Of a stretch of 53,334 bases of DNA, positions 41,414 through 51,600 are shown one piece after another. Position numbers and translations under genes: made by a program. Under the pieces are notes generated by a model, which was not told the DNA's origin, did not search any database, and saw nothing but the letters and a program-made list of their open reading frames with translations. Source of the DNA: a virus; the IMG/VR virus record IMGVR_UViG_3300045988_147485; one strand, given 5' to 3'. Numbering within the stretch: the stretch's first letter is position 1; each line of letters begins with the position of its first letter.

Positions 41414-43309
41414 CTATAAATCATTTTTTATTTTCAGTTTTTCGTCACTAACAACCATGATTACAACTTGGTTTTCAATCATTTCCAGTGCCGCTTTTAA
41501 GTTGTTTGTATCAAGGCTCTCTCCATCATCTATGAAAACAGGGCATTTAATACCGTATTTTCTTTGCATGGATTGGCAAATGTCAATTTTACCAAGGATC
41601 CTCTTTGCCTTGTTGGACATTGTGTTTGTGATTGAAAAACCGTCTACCATTGGTGTACAGGTATTTTTTATCGTTCCTGCTTTACCTCTTTCAAAAAGTT
41701 TCCATTCCACAAAAGAAAATTTTTTGTTTACATCTTCCTGCAAAGATTCTGCTTTTTTGACCTCAAATTCCGTCAAAAGAGAAAGTATTCTTTGAGCATC
41801 CGTAGCAGTTTGAGCCACTTCCCGTTTTTCTTTTGTAAGTTCCTCAATTCTCTCTTCCTCTTTTTCCGTGTTTGCGTCTGATATATATTTTTTTGCTTCT
41901 ACCAACTGCTGCCGTAAATCACTTTCTTTGATCCGCAACTGTTCTCTCTTTCCAGAAATAGAGGAATATTTTTTTATTGCTTCTTCTTTTTCAGAGATTT
42001 CATTCTGAATCCGTATGTACTCCGGAGTGCCGGATATATCCGCTTTTTCCGGTATTTTTGAAAGTTCCCTTGACTTTTCGCACAACTTCTCTTTCAATAC
42101 AGAAAGAGTTTTCTCCGCAAAATTTACAGATTCATCATTTTCCTTGATCTCCTGTTCCAGTTTTTCAATGGCTTCTTTTGCATATTTCCCGTACTTTTCA
42201 ATCTCCAAAAGTGATTTTTTTATGCCCTCATTAAATTCTTCTTTCTTTTTCTCCTGCTCATCCTCTTCATAAGGTCTGCCACAGGTAGGGCATACTAAGC
42301 AATTTTCATCCATTTCAGCCGATTTCAAAGCTTCCCATTTCTCACGATGCACCCGGATTTCATTTTTATATGCCGTTATCTCATCCGTTATATTGGAAGT
42401 ATTATTTTTGAGAGAATCAATTTTTTTCTCCATCTTCTCAATCTCATCCTTGATACAAGACATTTCATATGCCGTTGTATTCCTCTCTTTATTGATCCGA
42501 TCCTGTTCTTTCATCGTTAAATTGTTCTGCTTAAATTTCAGTTCCAATATACCGTCAGAGATCGTTTTGTATTTCTCTTCCATGATAGAATTGTTTTCTA
42601 TTAAGGAAACAGTTTCATCAATTTCTTTCTCTAACTGTTTCTTTAACAGTTCCATTTCGGAAATATCCTTGTCCTCTTTTTCCTTAATCTGATCTCTAAG
42701 GACACGGATTTCAGCATCTATTTTTGTGATGTTTTCATCACAGTCTTTTTTCTTTTGTTTCGCCTTTGCCGTTATCTCTTCTACTGTGTTTTTTGAAAGA
42801 AGTTCGGAAAGTTCTTCATTGTCCGCAATTTCTTCATCTGGCTTTGCGGAAATACCAGACAAAAGAATTTTTCTCATTTCATCCGGCTTTTTCTGAATAA
42901 AGCCGTCACAAAAACTGCACAACAGCAGAATGTCCTTTTTTACCGGAAATGCTTCTTCAAAATTCCTTTTTGTCATTTTTACACTATTCACAAAGTATGT
43001 GTTAGCGTCTTTGTATTCCGTTCCGTCCTCTGAAATGGTTCTTTTCTGAACCTTTTCAAATTCAATCTCTTTCCCGTCCTCTGTCTCAATTACAGCCATG
43101 ACAGAAACCGGCTCTTCTTTCCCTCTCATCCTTACTTCTGGTGCAGATTTCATGAGAGAGTCAGTATCAAAAAACAGCCAAGCATAAGCATCAAAGTATG
43201 TGCTTTTCCCTGCGGCATTTTCTCCGCTTATGATATTTTTTTCTGCAAACTCTACCGATTCACTTTCAAAATTTTTGAAGTTTTTAAGAATCAGCCTTTT
43301 TAACTTCAT
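41414..43309 (-). CDS. SMC/Rad50/SbcC-like AAA ATPase with long coiled coil
   Basis: Walker A GENAAGKST at the N-terminus, a central coiled coil with a CxxC hook-like CPTCGRP, and Walker B PVFIDDGESLD at the C-terminus. Confidence 0.7.
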   Translation of the reverse strand: MKLKRLILKNFKNFESESVEFAEKNIISGENAAGKSTYFDAYAWLFFDTDSLMKSAPEVRMRGKEEPVSVMAVIETEDGKEIEFEKVQKRTISEDGTEYKDANTYFVNSVKMTKRNFEEAFPVKKDILLLCSFCDGFIQKKPDEMRKILLSGISAKPDEEIADNEELSELLSKNTVEEITAKAKQKKKDCDENITKIDAEIRVLRDQIKEKEDKDISEMELLKKQLEKEIDETVSLIENNSIMEEKYKTISDGILELKFKQNNLTMKEQDRINKERNTTAYEMSCIKDEIEKMEKKIDSLKNNTSNITDEITAYKNEIRVHREKWEALKSAEMDENCLVCPTCGRPYEEDEQEKKKEEFNEGIKKSLLEIEKYGKYAKEAIEKLEQEIKENDESVNFAEKTLSVLKEKLCEKSRELSKIPEKADISGTPEYIRIQNEISEKEEAIKKYSSISGKREQLRIKESDLRQQLVEAKKYISDANTEKEEERIEELTKEKREVAQTATDAQRILSLLTEFEVKKAESLQEDVNKKFSFVEWKLFERGKAGTIKNTCTPMVDGFSITNTMSNKAKRILGKIDICQSMQRKYGIKCPVFIDDGESLDTNNLKAALEMIENQVVIMVVSDEKLKIKNDL

Positions 43310-43442
43310 TTTTTACACCTCCAAGCACAGTTCTTATTACCTCATCGTTTACAAAAATACATTCTTTCTCTTTTCGATCTAATAGATCAACTGCGATCTT
43401 CAACCGTGTTTCTTTTTCTGTCAGATCGCACATGAGTTTCAT
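43284..43442 (-). CDS. Small hypothetical protein (52 aa), not in ORF track
   Basis: MKLMCDLTEKETRLKIAVDLLDRKEKECIFVNDEV... Overlaps the start of the ATPase gene. Confidence 0.25.
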   Translation of the reverse strand: MKLMCDLTEKETRLKIAVDLLDRKEKECIFVNDEVIRTVLGGVKNEVKKADS

Positions 43443-43446
43443 TGTA

Positions 43447-44034
43447 TCAACAACCATGATTATTACTCCTTTCTATTCTCACAACATCCAAGGATGCCTC
43501 GTATGTTGTGAACAACATTCCATCTTTTAAGTATGGCCGTTCTAAGTACCGTCCAATTCCTCCTACCATATCCCCTCTTTGGGATTTTTTTAATATGGCG
43601 GCGTTTCTTCCCCATGCCACAATTGGGATATAAGCAGGATTGCCATTTCTTCTGTTACAAGCAATTATTATTGTAGTTATTTCTCTTCCGTCTTTTTTTT
43701 GCCCGTAATGCGGATCAGAAACCACAACACCATGTACAGAAACCTTGTTTTCATTTTTCTCCACCTCTTCTTTCGTTATCTCATTGGCAAATAAATATCT
43801 GCCATGTGCTGTCCTTTTAGAACTTCGCAGGCTACCTTTGACGGTCGCATATTCGCCAACTTTTGGGAGAAAAACAATCAGATTGTCTGGGATCATTACC
43901 CATATACAATCCACCTTTTTGCTTTTCCTCTCTACCGCAATTTGAAAGTAATAAAACTTTTGCCCCCATGCAGCATAGGAAAATTCCAAATTACTACTTA
44001 TCCTCTTCCCGGATATTGTCACTTGATTTTTCAA
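43447..44034 (-). CDS. SSB-like protein with two OB-fold-like halves (candidate)
   Basis: Two similar halves (VTISGKRISS...YYFQIAVERKS...D.IWVMI and VSVHGVVVSDP...IIIACNRR...YIPIVAWG). Confidence 0.35.
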   Translation of the reverse strand: MKNQVTISGKRISSNLEFSYAAWGQKFYYFQIAVERKSKKVDCIWVMIPDNLIVFLPKVGEYATVKGSLRSSKRTAHGRYLFANEITKEEVEKNENKVSVHGVVVSDPHYGQKKDGREITTIIIACNRRNGNPAYIPIVAWGRNAAILKKSQRGDMVGGIGRYLERPYLKDGMLFTTYEASLDVVRIERSNNHGC

Positions 44035-44161
44035 GTTCTTTTATCCAATCCTTTCTTCTTTTATTTTCTTTTGCTGTAAAAACAAAAACGGAAACTGTAA
44101 AAATGATTACTTCAGCAACGACTGTTGTAATCACTCCAAACAAAAACGGATTTATATACAT
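43994..44161 (-). CDS. Small single-pass membrane protein (55 aa), not in ORF track
   Basis: AAAGGAGGGAAAGAA RBS. MYINPFLFGVITTVVAEVIIFTVSVFVFTAKENKRRKDW... Confidence 0.4.
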   Translation of the reverse strand: MYINPFLFGVITTVVAEVIIFTVSVFVFTAKENKRRKDWIKELEKSSDNIREEDK

Positions 44162-44176
44162 TTCTTTCCCTCCTTT

Positions 44177-44788
44177 CTATTCCAAGCAAAAATACTCATG
44201 CCCCAGTTTTTTATATATTGCTGTTCCCTGCCTAAATTCCGCTTGGTAAACAAGATTGTCCGGCAGTGAATCACAATAACTTGTTTCAAGAAGCATTTTT
44301 GCAACCTTTATGCTTCTTTTTGATGGCTTATTCCAGAACTTTCCGTCAGCATATGTTGAATACTGGCCTTTTTGTGATATAACGCCCATGATTGTATCTG
44401 GGTAGTTATCATGCTTCGTTCTTTTTACCACCACGGCACCAGTCAAAATCAAAGCCTCTTTGTTCTCGTGACTACCGTTTTCGGCTTCGATGATTCTTGC
44501 CAATGCCATTAAATCATGATGATCTGATCTTTCTTTTTTATTCTCTTTTTTAACAGAGTTTTTCATATTTATTTTGGGGGTTCTTATAAGACTTTTGGCC
44601 TGTTTTGTGTCTCCGCAATACTTTCTTTCAATAGGAAAGTACCGGATCAAGTTCCATCTTGAATAATTCAAGTCAGTCATGTTGTGAATGTTTATATCAA
44701 TCACACACAAAAGCAACCATCCTATAACAAATGCCGAAATACCTATGAGTGATTTTTCAGCATAAAACCCGATTTTCGACTTTTTCAT
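44177..44788 (-). CDS. Membrane-anchored SleB-like cell wall hydrolase (Hydrolase_2-like)
   Basis: Likely start MKKSKIGF. TM helix LIGISAFVIGWLLLCVI. LMALARIIEAENGSHENKEALILTGAVVVKRTKHDNYPDTIMGVISQKGQYS matches the SleB/CwlJ signature. Confidence 0.65.
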   Translation of the reverse strand: MKKSKIGFYAEKSLIGISAFVIGWLLLCVIDINIHNMTDLNYSRWNLIRYFPIERKYCGDTKQAKSLIRTPKINMKNSVKKENKKERSDHHDLMALARIIEAENGSHENKEALILTGAVVVKRTKHDNYPDTIMGVISQKGQYSTYADGKFWNKPSKRSIKVAKMLLETSYCDSLPDNLVYQAEFRQGTAIYKKLGHEYFCLE

Positions 44789-44792
44789 ATAA

Positions 44793-45542
44793 TCAACCAC
44801 CTTGGCTTTCTTTTGGTGCGGAAACAAATTTATTCACAAAGTAAATCTGTCCCTTTCCGGTTACCTTTGTTGTCCGGGTGGTTCTTATACTTCCATCTGG
44901 ATTCTGGACATTGCTTTCTTTTATTTCAAACAGTCCCTGTTCTACATACCGCTGTAGCGGCATATTTTTTGAAGAACCGCTTTTAATAAGGAAGCCGTTA
45001 TTCCTCATCCAATCAAAAAGTCTCTTCTGACCAATCTTGACGCCGTTCTGACAAATCATTTTCGCCAAATCCCCTATTAAAATAGATGTCCGGCTTGCAG
45101 AAACCGCATCAGCAAAGATTGTCTTAGGTTTGTCCCGCTCAATCTTCTGTTCAAGGGCGTTGTTCTTTTGGGACAAATCCTCTATTTTTTTGTCAGCAAT
45201 CTTCAATGCTCTGGCCATGACCTGCTCCGGCGTGTTCCACGCCTTTTCCAGATCAATCAGATACTGCCTTACTTTCTTCGCCTTTTCGGTTTTCTGTACC
45301 ATGCATATATGCTTTGCCATATCAACGGATAATTCGTAGTCTTGCAGTTCTCTTTTAGCACCGTTATTTACAAATGTGGAACTTTTCACACTTGTAAAAT
45401 CCACATTTTCTGCGAATCCATAAGCGGCCATTCTTTCAAACCATCTTGAAAATCGATCTGTAACTTCTAATTGCTCGTACAAATTCCTTGCAGATATTGT
45501 CTGCGTATCAAAATTTACTGCTATGATTTCTTTCACTAACAT
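44793..45542 (-). CDS. Antirepressor (AntA-like N-terminal domain plus KilAC C-terminal domain)
   Basis: ISARNLYEQLEV..RFSRWFERM...LSVDMAKHICMVQKTEKAKKVRQYLIDLEK, and the C-terminal ILIGDLAKMICQNGVKIGQKRLFDWMRNNGFL. Confidence 0.75.
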   Translation of the reverse strand: MLVKEIIAVNFDTQTISARNLYEQLEVTDRFSRWFERMAAYGFAENVDFTSVKSSTFVNNGAKRELQDYELSVDMAKHICMVQKTEKAKKVRQYLIDLEKAWNTPEQVMARALKIADKKIEDLSQKNNALEQKIERDKPKTIFADAVSASRTSILIGDLAKMICQNGVKIGQKRLFDWMRNNGFLIKSGSSKNMPLQRYVEQGLFEIKESNVQNPDGSIRTTRTTKVTGKGQIYFVNKFVSAPKESQGG

Positions 45543-45575
45543 TTCTCCATTTCTTGAAATTATTTAACCATCGCC

Positions 45576-45596
45576 AAGTAACTTATTAAGTTACTT
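45576..45596. promoter_or_regulatory. Perfect 21-bp palindrome (operator candidate) between the cro-like and antirepressor genes
   Basis: AAGTAACTTA-T-TAAGTTACTT. It covers the cro-like stop codon and uses the same AGTTAC half-site as the switch region. Confidence 0.6.
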
Positions 45597-45792
45597 CTTT
45601 GGCAAAAAAAATATCCATAGGATTATCAATGTGAAGTTCATCAATCATAATCTGAATCTCATCACTTCCAAAAACTCCTTTTTGCATACGCATATAAAAA
45701 GTTTTAGGCGTGATTTTCAGCATTTTGGCTACATCAGATTGCGTCTTCCCGTTCTTTGCTATAACGCCTCTCAATTCTGCCCTGTTCAACAT
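45586..45792 (-). CDS. Cro-like XRE HTH protein
   Basis: 68 aa, GKTQSDVAKMLKITPKTFYMRMQKG. Divergent from the CI-like gene. Confidence 0.65.
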   Translation of the reverse strand: MLNRAELRGVIAKNGKTQSDVAKMLKITPKTFYMRMQKGVFGSDEIQIMIDELHIDNPMDIFFAKEVT

Positions 45793-45815
45793 ATAATCAA
45801 CTCCTTTCCAACCTC

Positions 45816-45914
45816 TGTAACTTTTTAGGTTACTCTCATTATATCACTTTTCCGTAACTTGTCAAGTTATTTTTTTCTTGACTTATAACTTTTTTGTGAT
45901 ATAATTAAGTTACC
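45816..45914. promoter_or_regulatory. Divergent switch region with face-to-face promoters and AGTTAC/GTAACT operators
   Basis: Plus strand: TTGACT (45878)-16 nt-TGaTATAAT (45900). Minus strand: TTGACA (45865-45860)-16 nt-TATAAT (45843-45838). Operator candidates are GTAAC-7 nt-GTTAC (45817-45833), TAACTTG-T-CAAGTTA (45855-45869) and AAGTTAC (45907-45913). Confidence 0.6.
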
Positions 45915-45937
45915 AATAGGAAAGGAGGTACACGGCA

Positions 45938-46291
45938 ATGACAGTCGGGGACAGAATAAGAAAACAGAGAGAATTACTAGGATTTTCTCAAACAGAACTG
46001 GCAGAAAAGGTTAATATTTCAAAACAAACATTATATAAATACGAAAAGAACATAATAACCAATATCCCTTCTGATAAAATTGAGCAAATTTCAAAAGTAC
46101 TTAATGTTTCTGAATCTTTTTTGATGGGCTGGGACGATAATTTAAGCTCAACTGCTTCGGATTTGATACCAGACATTTTGTCGGACGAGGAACTCTTGGA
46201 ACATATCGAGAAATTGATGCGGTTGTCAAAAGAGCATAAAAAAACCATTTACGACAATATAACCTATTGGTACGAGAAAGAGGGGCGTTAA
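45938..46291 (+). CDS. XRE-family repressor (CI-like, short form)
   Basis: VGDRIRKQRELLGFSQTELAEKVNISKQTLYKYEKN. AAAGGAGG RBS. Confidence 0.7.
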   Translation: MTVGDRIRKQRELLGFSQTELAEKVNISKQTLYKYEKNIITNIPSDKIEQISKVLNVSESFLMGWDDNLSSTASDLIPDILSDEELLEHIEKLMRLSKEHKKTIYDNITYWYEKEGR

Positions 46292-46419
46292 ACGCCCCAT
46301 TTCTTTTTGAATGAAATAAGAAGATTGTATATAAATTCTATATACTTATCATTTTCAATATCTTTTACAATATCAATTATTTTTTTCTTGTAAATTTCTT
46401 TTTTTTCAGTATCTTTCAA
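46288..46419 (-). CDS. Micro-protein (43 aa, TTG start), paralog of 23212-23322
   Basis: MKDTEKKEIYKKKIIDIVKDIENDKYIEFIYNLLISFKKKWGV. The C-terminal half parallels DDKFAEFILNLILSFKRKWGV. Confidence 0.35.
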   Translation of the reverse strand: MKDTEKKEIYKKKIIDIVKDIENDKYIEFIYNLLISFKKKWGV

Positions 46420-46605
46420 TGTGCAGCGCCTCCAATATCTGTCAAAATTTGTCGAACGATTTTTCTTGATTTTATTATTATTTGTTTATAAAATATTTAT
46501 AAATGAGGGAACCGCCAGCCAAAGCCATTCCCTCATCATCCAGAAATTGCCTTGTCGCTCAAGACATTTTGTATTTTAGCAAATAATTTTACACGGAGGA
46601 ATATC

Positions 46606-47334
46606 ATGCAAAGAGAAAAATTGCTGGAAATTCAAGAGAATCTTGTCACCGACAGAGAAAACTTTTTGAGCGCATTTAGACAGAATATGTTTTTGTACCT
46701 GTCACAAAAGGAAATTACAATCAGAGAAATATCAGAATCGTCCGGGGTATCATTCTCGACCCTAAACAATTTCCTTTACGGAAAATCAGACGATATGAAA
46801 TTAAGCACTGTTGTGCCGATAGCAAGGGCATTAAATGTAAGCGTGGATGAATTGATCGGATCTGGAACGATTGATGAGGATTTAGCGTCAATTCTTTCTC
46901 CCTGCCGTTCCCTTTCTCCCAAGGATAAATACTTTATTCGCTGGTATGCGGATTATCTGAAAGAATCAGAAAAGGGATTTACAGAAAAGGAAAAGACTAT
47001 TACCGTTATGAAATTATCGGATAATATGGAACTAACAAACGACTGCAAGAAAATAGAAATATCATCATTAGAAAGCAGGCTTTACAGTACGATATTTTTT
47101 GGTATATCCGTCTCTAAAAGTGACTATATGCCGTTATTTTCTCCTTTTGATACACTGCTGATAGCAAATGACAGGAACCCAAGAATAAGCGAAATATGCG
47201 TTATTAGGGTTCAGAATTTTATACGATTCTACAGAAAGATAGGCTCGTTTTTCTGCTCATTAAAAAACGATAAGCCTGTATTGAAAGATAATGAAATAGA
47301 TGATTTTATAGGCTATGTTGCCTGCATCATTTAA
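46606..47334 (+). CDS. XRE-family HTH protein with extended C-terminal domain (CI-like, long form)
   Basis: Likely start MQREKLLEIQ after GGAGG. HTH ITIREISESSGVSFSTLNNFLYGK. The ~150-aa C-terminal domain could be a degenerate S24/oligomerisation domain. Confidence 0.55.
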   Translation: MQREKLLEIQENLVTDRENFLSAFRQNMFLYLSQKEITIREISESSGVSFSTLNNFLYGKSDDMKLSTVVPIARALNVSVDELIGSGTIDEDLASILSPCRSLSPKDKYFIRWYADYLKESEKGFTEKEKTITVMKLSDNMELTNDCKKIEISSLESRLYSTIFFGISVSKSDYMPLFSPFDTLLIANDRNPRISEICVIRVQNFIRFYRKIGSFFCSLKNDKPVLKDNEIDDFIGYVACII

Positions 47335-47339
47335 TTATA

Positions 47340-47371
47340 GGCAGAGGGATCCGTTCCCCCTGCCCTTTTTT
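47340..47371 (+). terminator. Rho-independent terminator between convergent genes
   Basis: GGCAG(A)GGG-loop-CCCCTGCC followed by TTTTTT. Confidence 0.65.
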
Positions 47372-47373
47372 AA

Positions 47374-48021
47374 TTACAAAACACTCTTAAATACAAAGCC
47401 ATATTTCCCTTTGTATTTTACTTTTGCGTAGCCAAGTTTGGATTTATACAGTACTTCTACTTTTGAGCCTTTTTTGATAGACAAAATAGACTTGCTGGCA
47501 CGAAGAGTTTTCTTGCTCCATAATTTGCATGGTTTTTTCGTAACAGAAGTCCATGTTTTTTTGAAGTTGTCCGGGGTTTTGTATTTTTCTTTCAGTTTGA
47601 CTGTTGTACTGCCCCACTTTCCAATGTAAAAATGTGGTGTATCAACAATGCTTTTCCAATCTCCGCCCCAAGAAAGCCCTACTTTTTTTGATTTTGCGAT
47701 CTTAGCAACTTTCTTAATGGTCGCATTGTCATAAAGCAATTTGCTGTCGTTGATAGCAATATCAAAAGCAATTCCCCACATGTGCTGTGAACTGTAGGTA
47801 CTTCCTTTTGCGTTTGTAACCACTTTACCCGGCTTTGTCCTGCCCTTTGCATAAAGGCTGTCTTGATACTCTTTTGTCCGGAATCCTTCCGTAATGATAA
47901 GATAAATTCCATTCTCATTGCAGTGTTTGAGCAAAAGTTTTAATTTGTACACCAGCCATGGGTGCATTTTTTCAAGGTCAACTCTAATATCATTTTGTTT
48001 TTTCATCTTTTGTTCCCTCAC
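47374..48021 (-). CDS. Endolysin: M15 (VanY/L-Ala-D-Glu peptidase-like) catalytic domain plus C-terminal SH3b-like domain
   Basis: ITEGFRTKEYQDSLYAKGR...SQHMWGIAFDI...GGDW....DTPHF (H..D...H zinc site). Basic C-terminal repeat KGSKVEVLYKSKLGYAKVKYKGKYGFV. Confidence 0.75.
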   Translation of the reverse strand: MREQKMKKQNDIRVDLEKMHPWLVYKLKLLLKHCNENGIYLIITEGFRTKEYQDSLYAKGRTKPGKVVTNAKGSTYSSQHMWGIAFDIAINDSKLLYDNATIKKVAKIAKSKKVGLSWGGDWKSIVDTPHFYIGKWGSTTVKLKEKYKTPDNFKKTWTSVTKKPCKLWSKKTLRASKSILSIKKGSKVEVLYKSKLGYAKVKYKGKYGFVFKSVL

Positions 48022-48187
48022 TTTCTTGTTTTAAGGACTTAATCTCTTCTTTAAGCCGTTCGTTTTCCTCTTGCATAGCCATAAAAGCAAATTCCGTTTT
48101 GGCAAGAGACGCTTCAAGAGACGCCAATTTACTACCAAGTTTCTTTGTTACATAATCTTCTCTGGTCAACTGATTTTCCATTATCAT
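47990..48187 (-). CDS. Small coiled-coil protein (no TM segment)
   Basis: 65 aa, LASLEASLAKTEFAFMAMQEENERLKEEIKSLKQE. Confidence 0.4.
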   Translation of the reverse strand: MIMENQLTREDYVTKKLGSKLASLEASLAKTEFAFMAMQEENERLKEEIKSLKQESEGTKDEKTK

Positions 48188-48193
48188 TCCTCC

Positions 48194-48307
48194 TTAATTT
48201 ATGCCATCATTTTCAAGCATGATCTTAACTTGTTCCTTGTACCTGTCCGGCACATCAGCAAGCGTTATCTGCCCTGCTACAATGCGCCTATAGTAGATTT
48301 TAGCCAT
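48194..48307 (-). CDS. XkdX-like micro-protein (37 aa), not in ORF track
   Basis: MAKIYYRRIVAGQITLADVPDRYKEQVKIMLENDGIN. The I..G..T..DVP motif and the position after the tail fibre genes resemble XkdX-type proteins. Confidence 0.4.
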   Translation of the reverse strand: MAKIYYRRIVAGQITLADVPDRYKEQVKIMLENDGIN

Positions 48308-48632
48308 TGTTACCACTTCCTTTCTCTATCAGTTCATATAATTCGCATAATGCGGCATTTACATCATTTTCATATGACGCCTGCTGCTCCGCTAACTCAC
48401 ATAGGGCGGCTTGTACATCTTCACCCTCGGTCGCAGCAAGCTCCGCTAAGAGCCGCTGCTGTAATTCCTCGGTAGTGTACTTACGACAGTGAGACAATAT
48501 CTCGACAACTTCTTCTTTATCATCGAAAACTTCCTCTACACTTACTCGGTCCCATTTTGACCAGTCGATGTTTTTGATTTCAACTTCGTTTTCATCAATG
48601 TTTTTAATTCTAATATCATCCATAAAAATCAC
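48300..48632 (-). CDS. Small acidic tail-fibre-associated protein (XkdW-like position)
   Basis: 110 aa with internal repeats DVQAALCELAEQQ / DVNAALCELYELIE. Confidence 0.4.
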   Translation of the reverse strand: MIFMDDIRIKNIDENEVEIKNIDWSKWDRVSVEEVFDDKEEVVEILSHCRKYTTEELQQRLLAELAATEGEDVQAALCELAEQQASYENDVNAALCELYELIEKGSGNNG

Positions 48633-51600
48633 ACTCCAATCACATATCTCAATACATGGTTTGTACTATCCACGGTAACACCATTTATTTTATTGTTCTT
48701 ACTTTCATTAGCGCTTGATCCTGTTATGTATGCTTGGTTTACATAAACATACTTATAACTAGGCCACGAGCCTATACAATACATCGCATGGCCTCCACCA
48801 GGTTGTTCAGTAACTATTTGTTTAGGAATAAAGAAACAATTCCATTCGTAATTTTGTGCCCCGTTAGAATACTTACTCCAAACCAAAACTATTCCATTTA
48901 ACTGATTTGAAATTTTATCGTTTAGTGTTGCAGTTTGGTTAGCATTCATAAAATGGGCTCCTGTCCAAAGATATTTTAACTGCCTATTTGATGTGATATT
49001 TCCCCGAGTCAACAACTGTATCTCATTTCCATAAATATTCGTGGCACCGATTTTATTGTTGTATCCTCCATATCCAAGTTCAAAATTGTTCGAAGCGCTT
49101 ATCATATGAATATTTTTAACTCGGTTTCCATATGAATTTACAAATGAAATTCCATCATCTTCGATAAATGTAGTGTTATTTACCGTTAGATCTCCGTAAG
49201 TTTTTAGGCCTGCTCCAATAGTAAAATTCGATACGCCTGTAAAATATATTCCATCCAATTCGTATGTTACAATCTTACTTGTTGTTGATTGAGCGTCTCT
49301 AAATTCAATTTTATCAAACTCTCCTTTTATCCCTACTGTTTCGCTATCGTTTTCAATTTTGAAGCCGCTCAACTCATATCTAGCAATAGCACCGGCACCA
49401 TTTAATGTGTAAAAACCATTAGAAGAAATAGCCATGTGTTCAAATTCTTCTGTTCCAACCACACCAGAATACAAATCAAGTTTTTTTGTTCCGATACTGA
49501 CTTGATTATGATCTGTGTCTAGTGCTATTATTTCAGCAAGATCCGAAGAGACGCCAAATGGCCCGAATTTGCTATCTCCTGTTATGGTCATGGATGTTGC
49601 TGTTATGTTTTGTGCAAATAAATTTTCAACATCAATTTCATTTGATGTAATGCTTTTTGCCACAATCTTATCTGCCGTAATGGTATGATCTGTTAAAACA
49701 TATCCATCAAGCGTATCTACATTTTGGCTTTCCAATTCTCCAAAGTTGTTTAATGCATATAATACGCCTTGGTTATTTCCTCTAAGCAATATTCTGTCTG
49801 CTATTAAGGTGCCGGCCGTAATACTGGCGGCGTTTACTTCCACGCTATCAAGGAATCCAGTAATATGCCCCTCAACAATCGTTGCCCGGTCAATCAGTCC
49901 AACATCTGCAAATAATTTCCCTACATTTGCCGTTTCTATATTTGACAATTCTATGTTTGCGTATTTTATATCAGCCGCATCCACTGTCAAATAACCTAAC
50001 TCGGCTACTTTTGCGGTCAAATTATCAGTTGTAATCGCTTTAGCCTCTAATGTATCAATTTTACCGTCTACTGCCTCCAGATTTGTGATTGTAGCGTATT
50101 TCAAATCTGCACTATCTGCTTTCAAATAGCCCAGTTCTGCCACCTTTGCGGTCAGATTTTCTATGTAGGCATTATCTGCGGTCAAATCAGTAATAAATGA
50201 CTTATTCACTTTCTCAAAACCGATTGTCGCATCTGCAATATTCGCATTTTCTATGGTCGAATCTGCTATTTTTTCTCCCAAGATGCTTTTAGCGTCCAGT
50301 AATTTTGCCTTTTTCATTGAATTAAGAACTCCTGCACTAAGCGTTCCAATTCCTGCGGAACTACTTGCCCCACTGCTTGTCGTAGAATCATTTCCGCCGT
50401 ACAAATCAATATCTGCCGGAGAAGATATTGACATACTGAACATTCCACCTTCCCATGAAAGATCAAGTGTGCCTACATACACAAAGCGGACTGTGCCATT
50501 GATTCTTATTTTTATTCCTGCGCCTGCATAAACAAAAGGACTGTACCCATTTAATTCTGTTTCTATTGGGTAATAATAAAAAGGCTTGTTAAGAGCCATT
50601 AAAGTAGCAAAATTATGAATTGGATATTTTGCGAAATCCATTTGACCCCAGTATGTAGGGCTAAGATTTGTTACATCGCACCATCCACCATCATCTTCTG
50701 ATACTGTGACAGGGTAGTAAATTATTTTTCTTGCTTCATCTATAACCTTTTCATTTAGAATATTTACGGTTCTTGTTGTGTCCATAAGCGCAGGAGCGTT
50801 GATAGCATCATATTTTGCTGTTGTTCCGGTTGAATCCGTGACTTTCTTTGAAAATTCTGTCATTTGCATCTGCTGGCACTCTACATCCACTTTGTACGGA
50901 CAATAGTATGCGTTCATCCTCTGGACCGGTTCTTCTATTGTATCATCATCAAAGCATCCGCAATCTGCAAAGTCATGTTCATCGTTATGCATTATGACGA
51001 TCGAACCGGCAATTTCAACGGCATTTGAGTACAAAGCAACTGCCAGTTTAGATATAGCATTTCTGACACTTGTAAATCCGTCCGTCATAGTATATCCGGA
51101 ATATGTGATACCGTTTGATTCCATCTCACTTTCTTCAATTCCATGAGGGATAACTATAGACGAGTTTTGGTAATATTCCCTTTGTGTTTCAGTCCTATTT
51201 ACATCAAAGTTAAAAAGAACCGGGACACCAAATGTATCGTAAATGTAGTGGACCAGTCCTTTTATCGACAAAATAGAACTTTTCCATATTCCCTCTGGCT
51301 TCGTTGCGTCTTTAGCAATAAAGTCTCCGCACATTTCAAGCATACCAATACCACTTACAGATACATATTCACTTGTGCTTTCTGGTGGTTCTTTTACATA
51401 GAAAACGCCAAAGTTCTGCCAGAATCCGTATAACTTAAATTCAAGCCGGATAAAATTGCCCTGTGCTATTTTATCTGTTGGCATCATTTCTATGGTACAT
51501 GTGGGGCTAAAAGTTCCCCCATATGTAAAGAAATTATCCGACATTACACCGTTACTAATGCTGATCTCAAAAAAGTCAAAATCTTCTGACTGCTCTAAAA

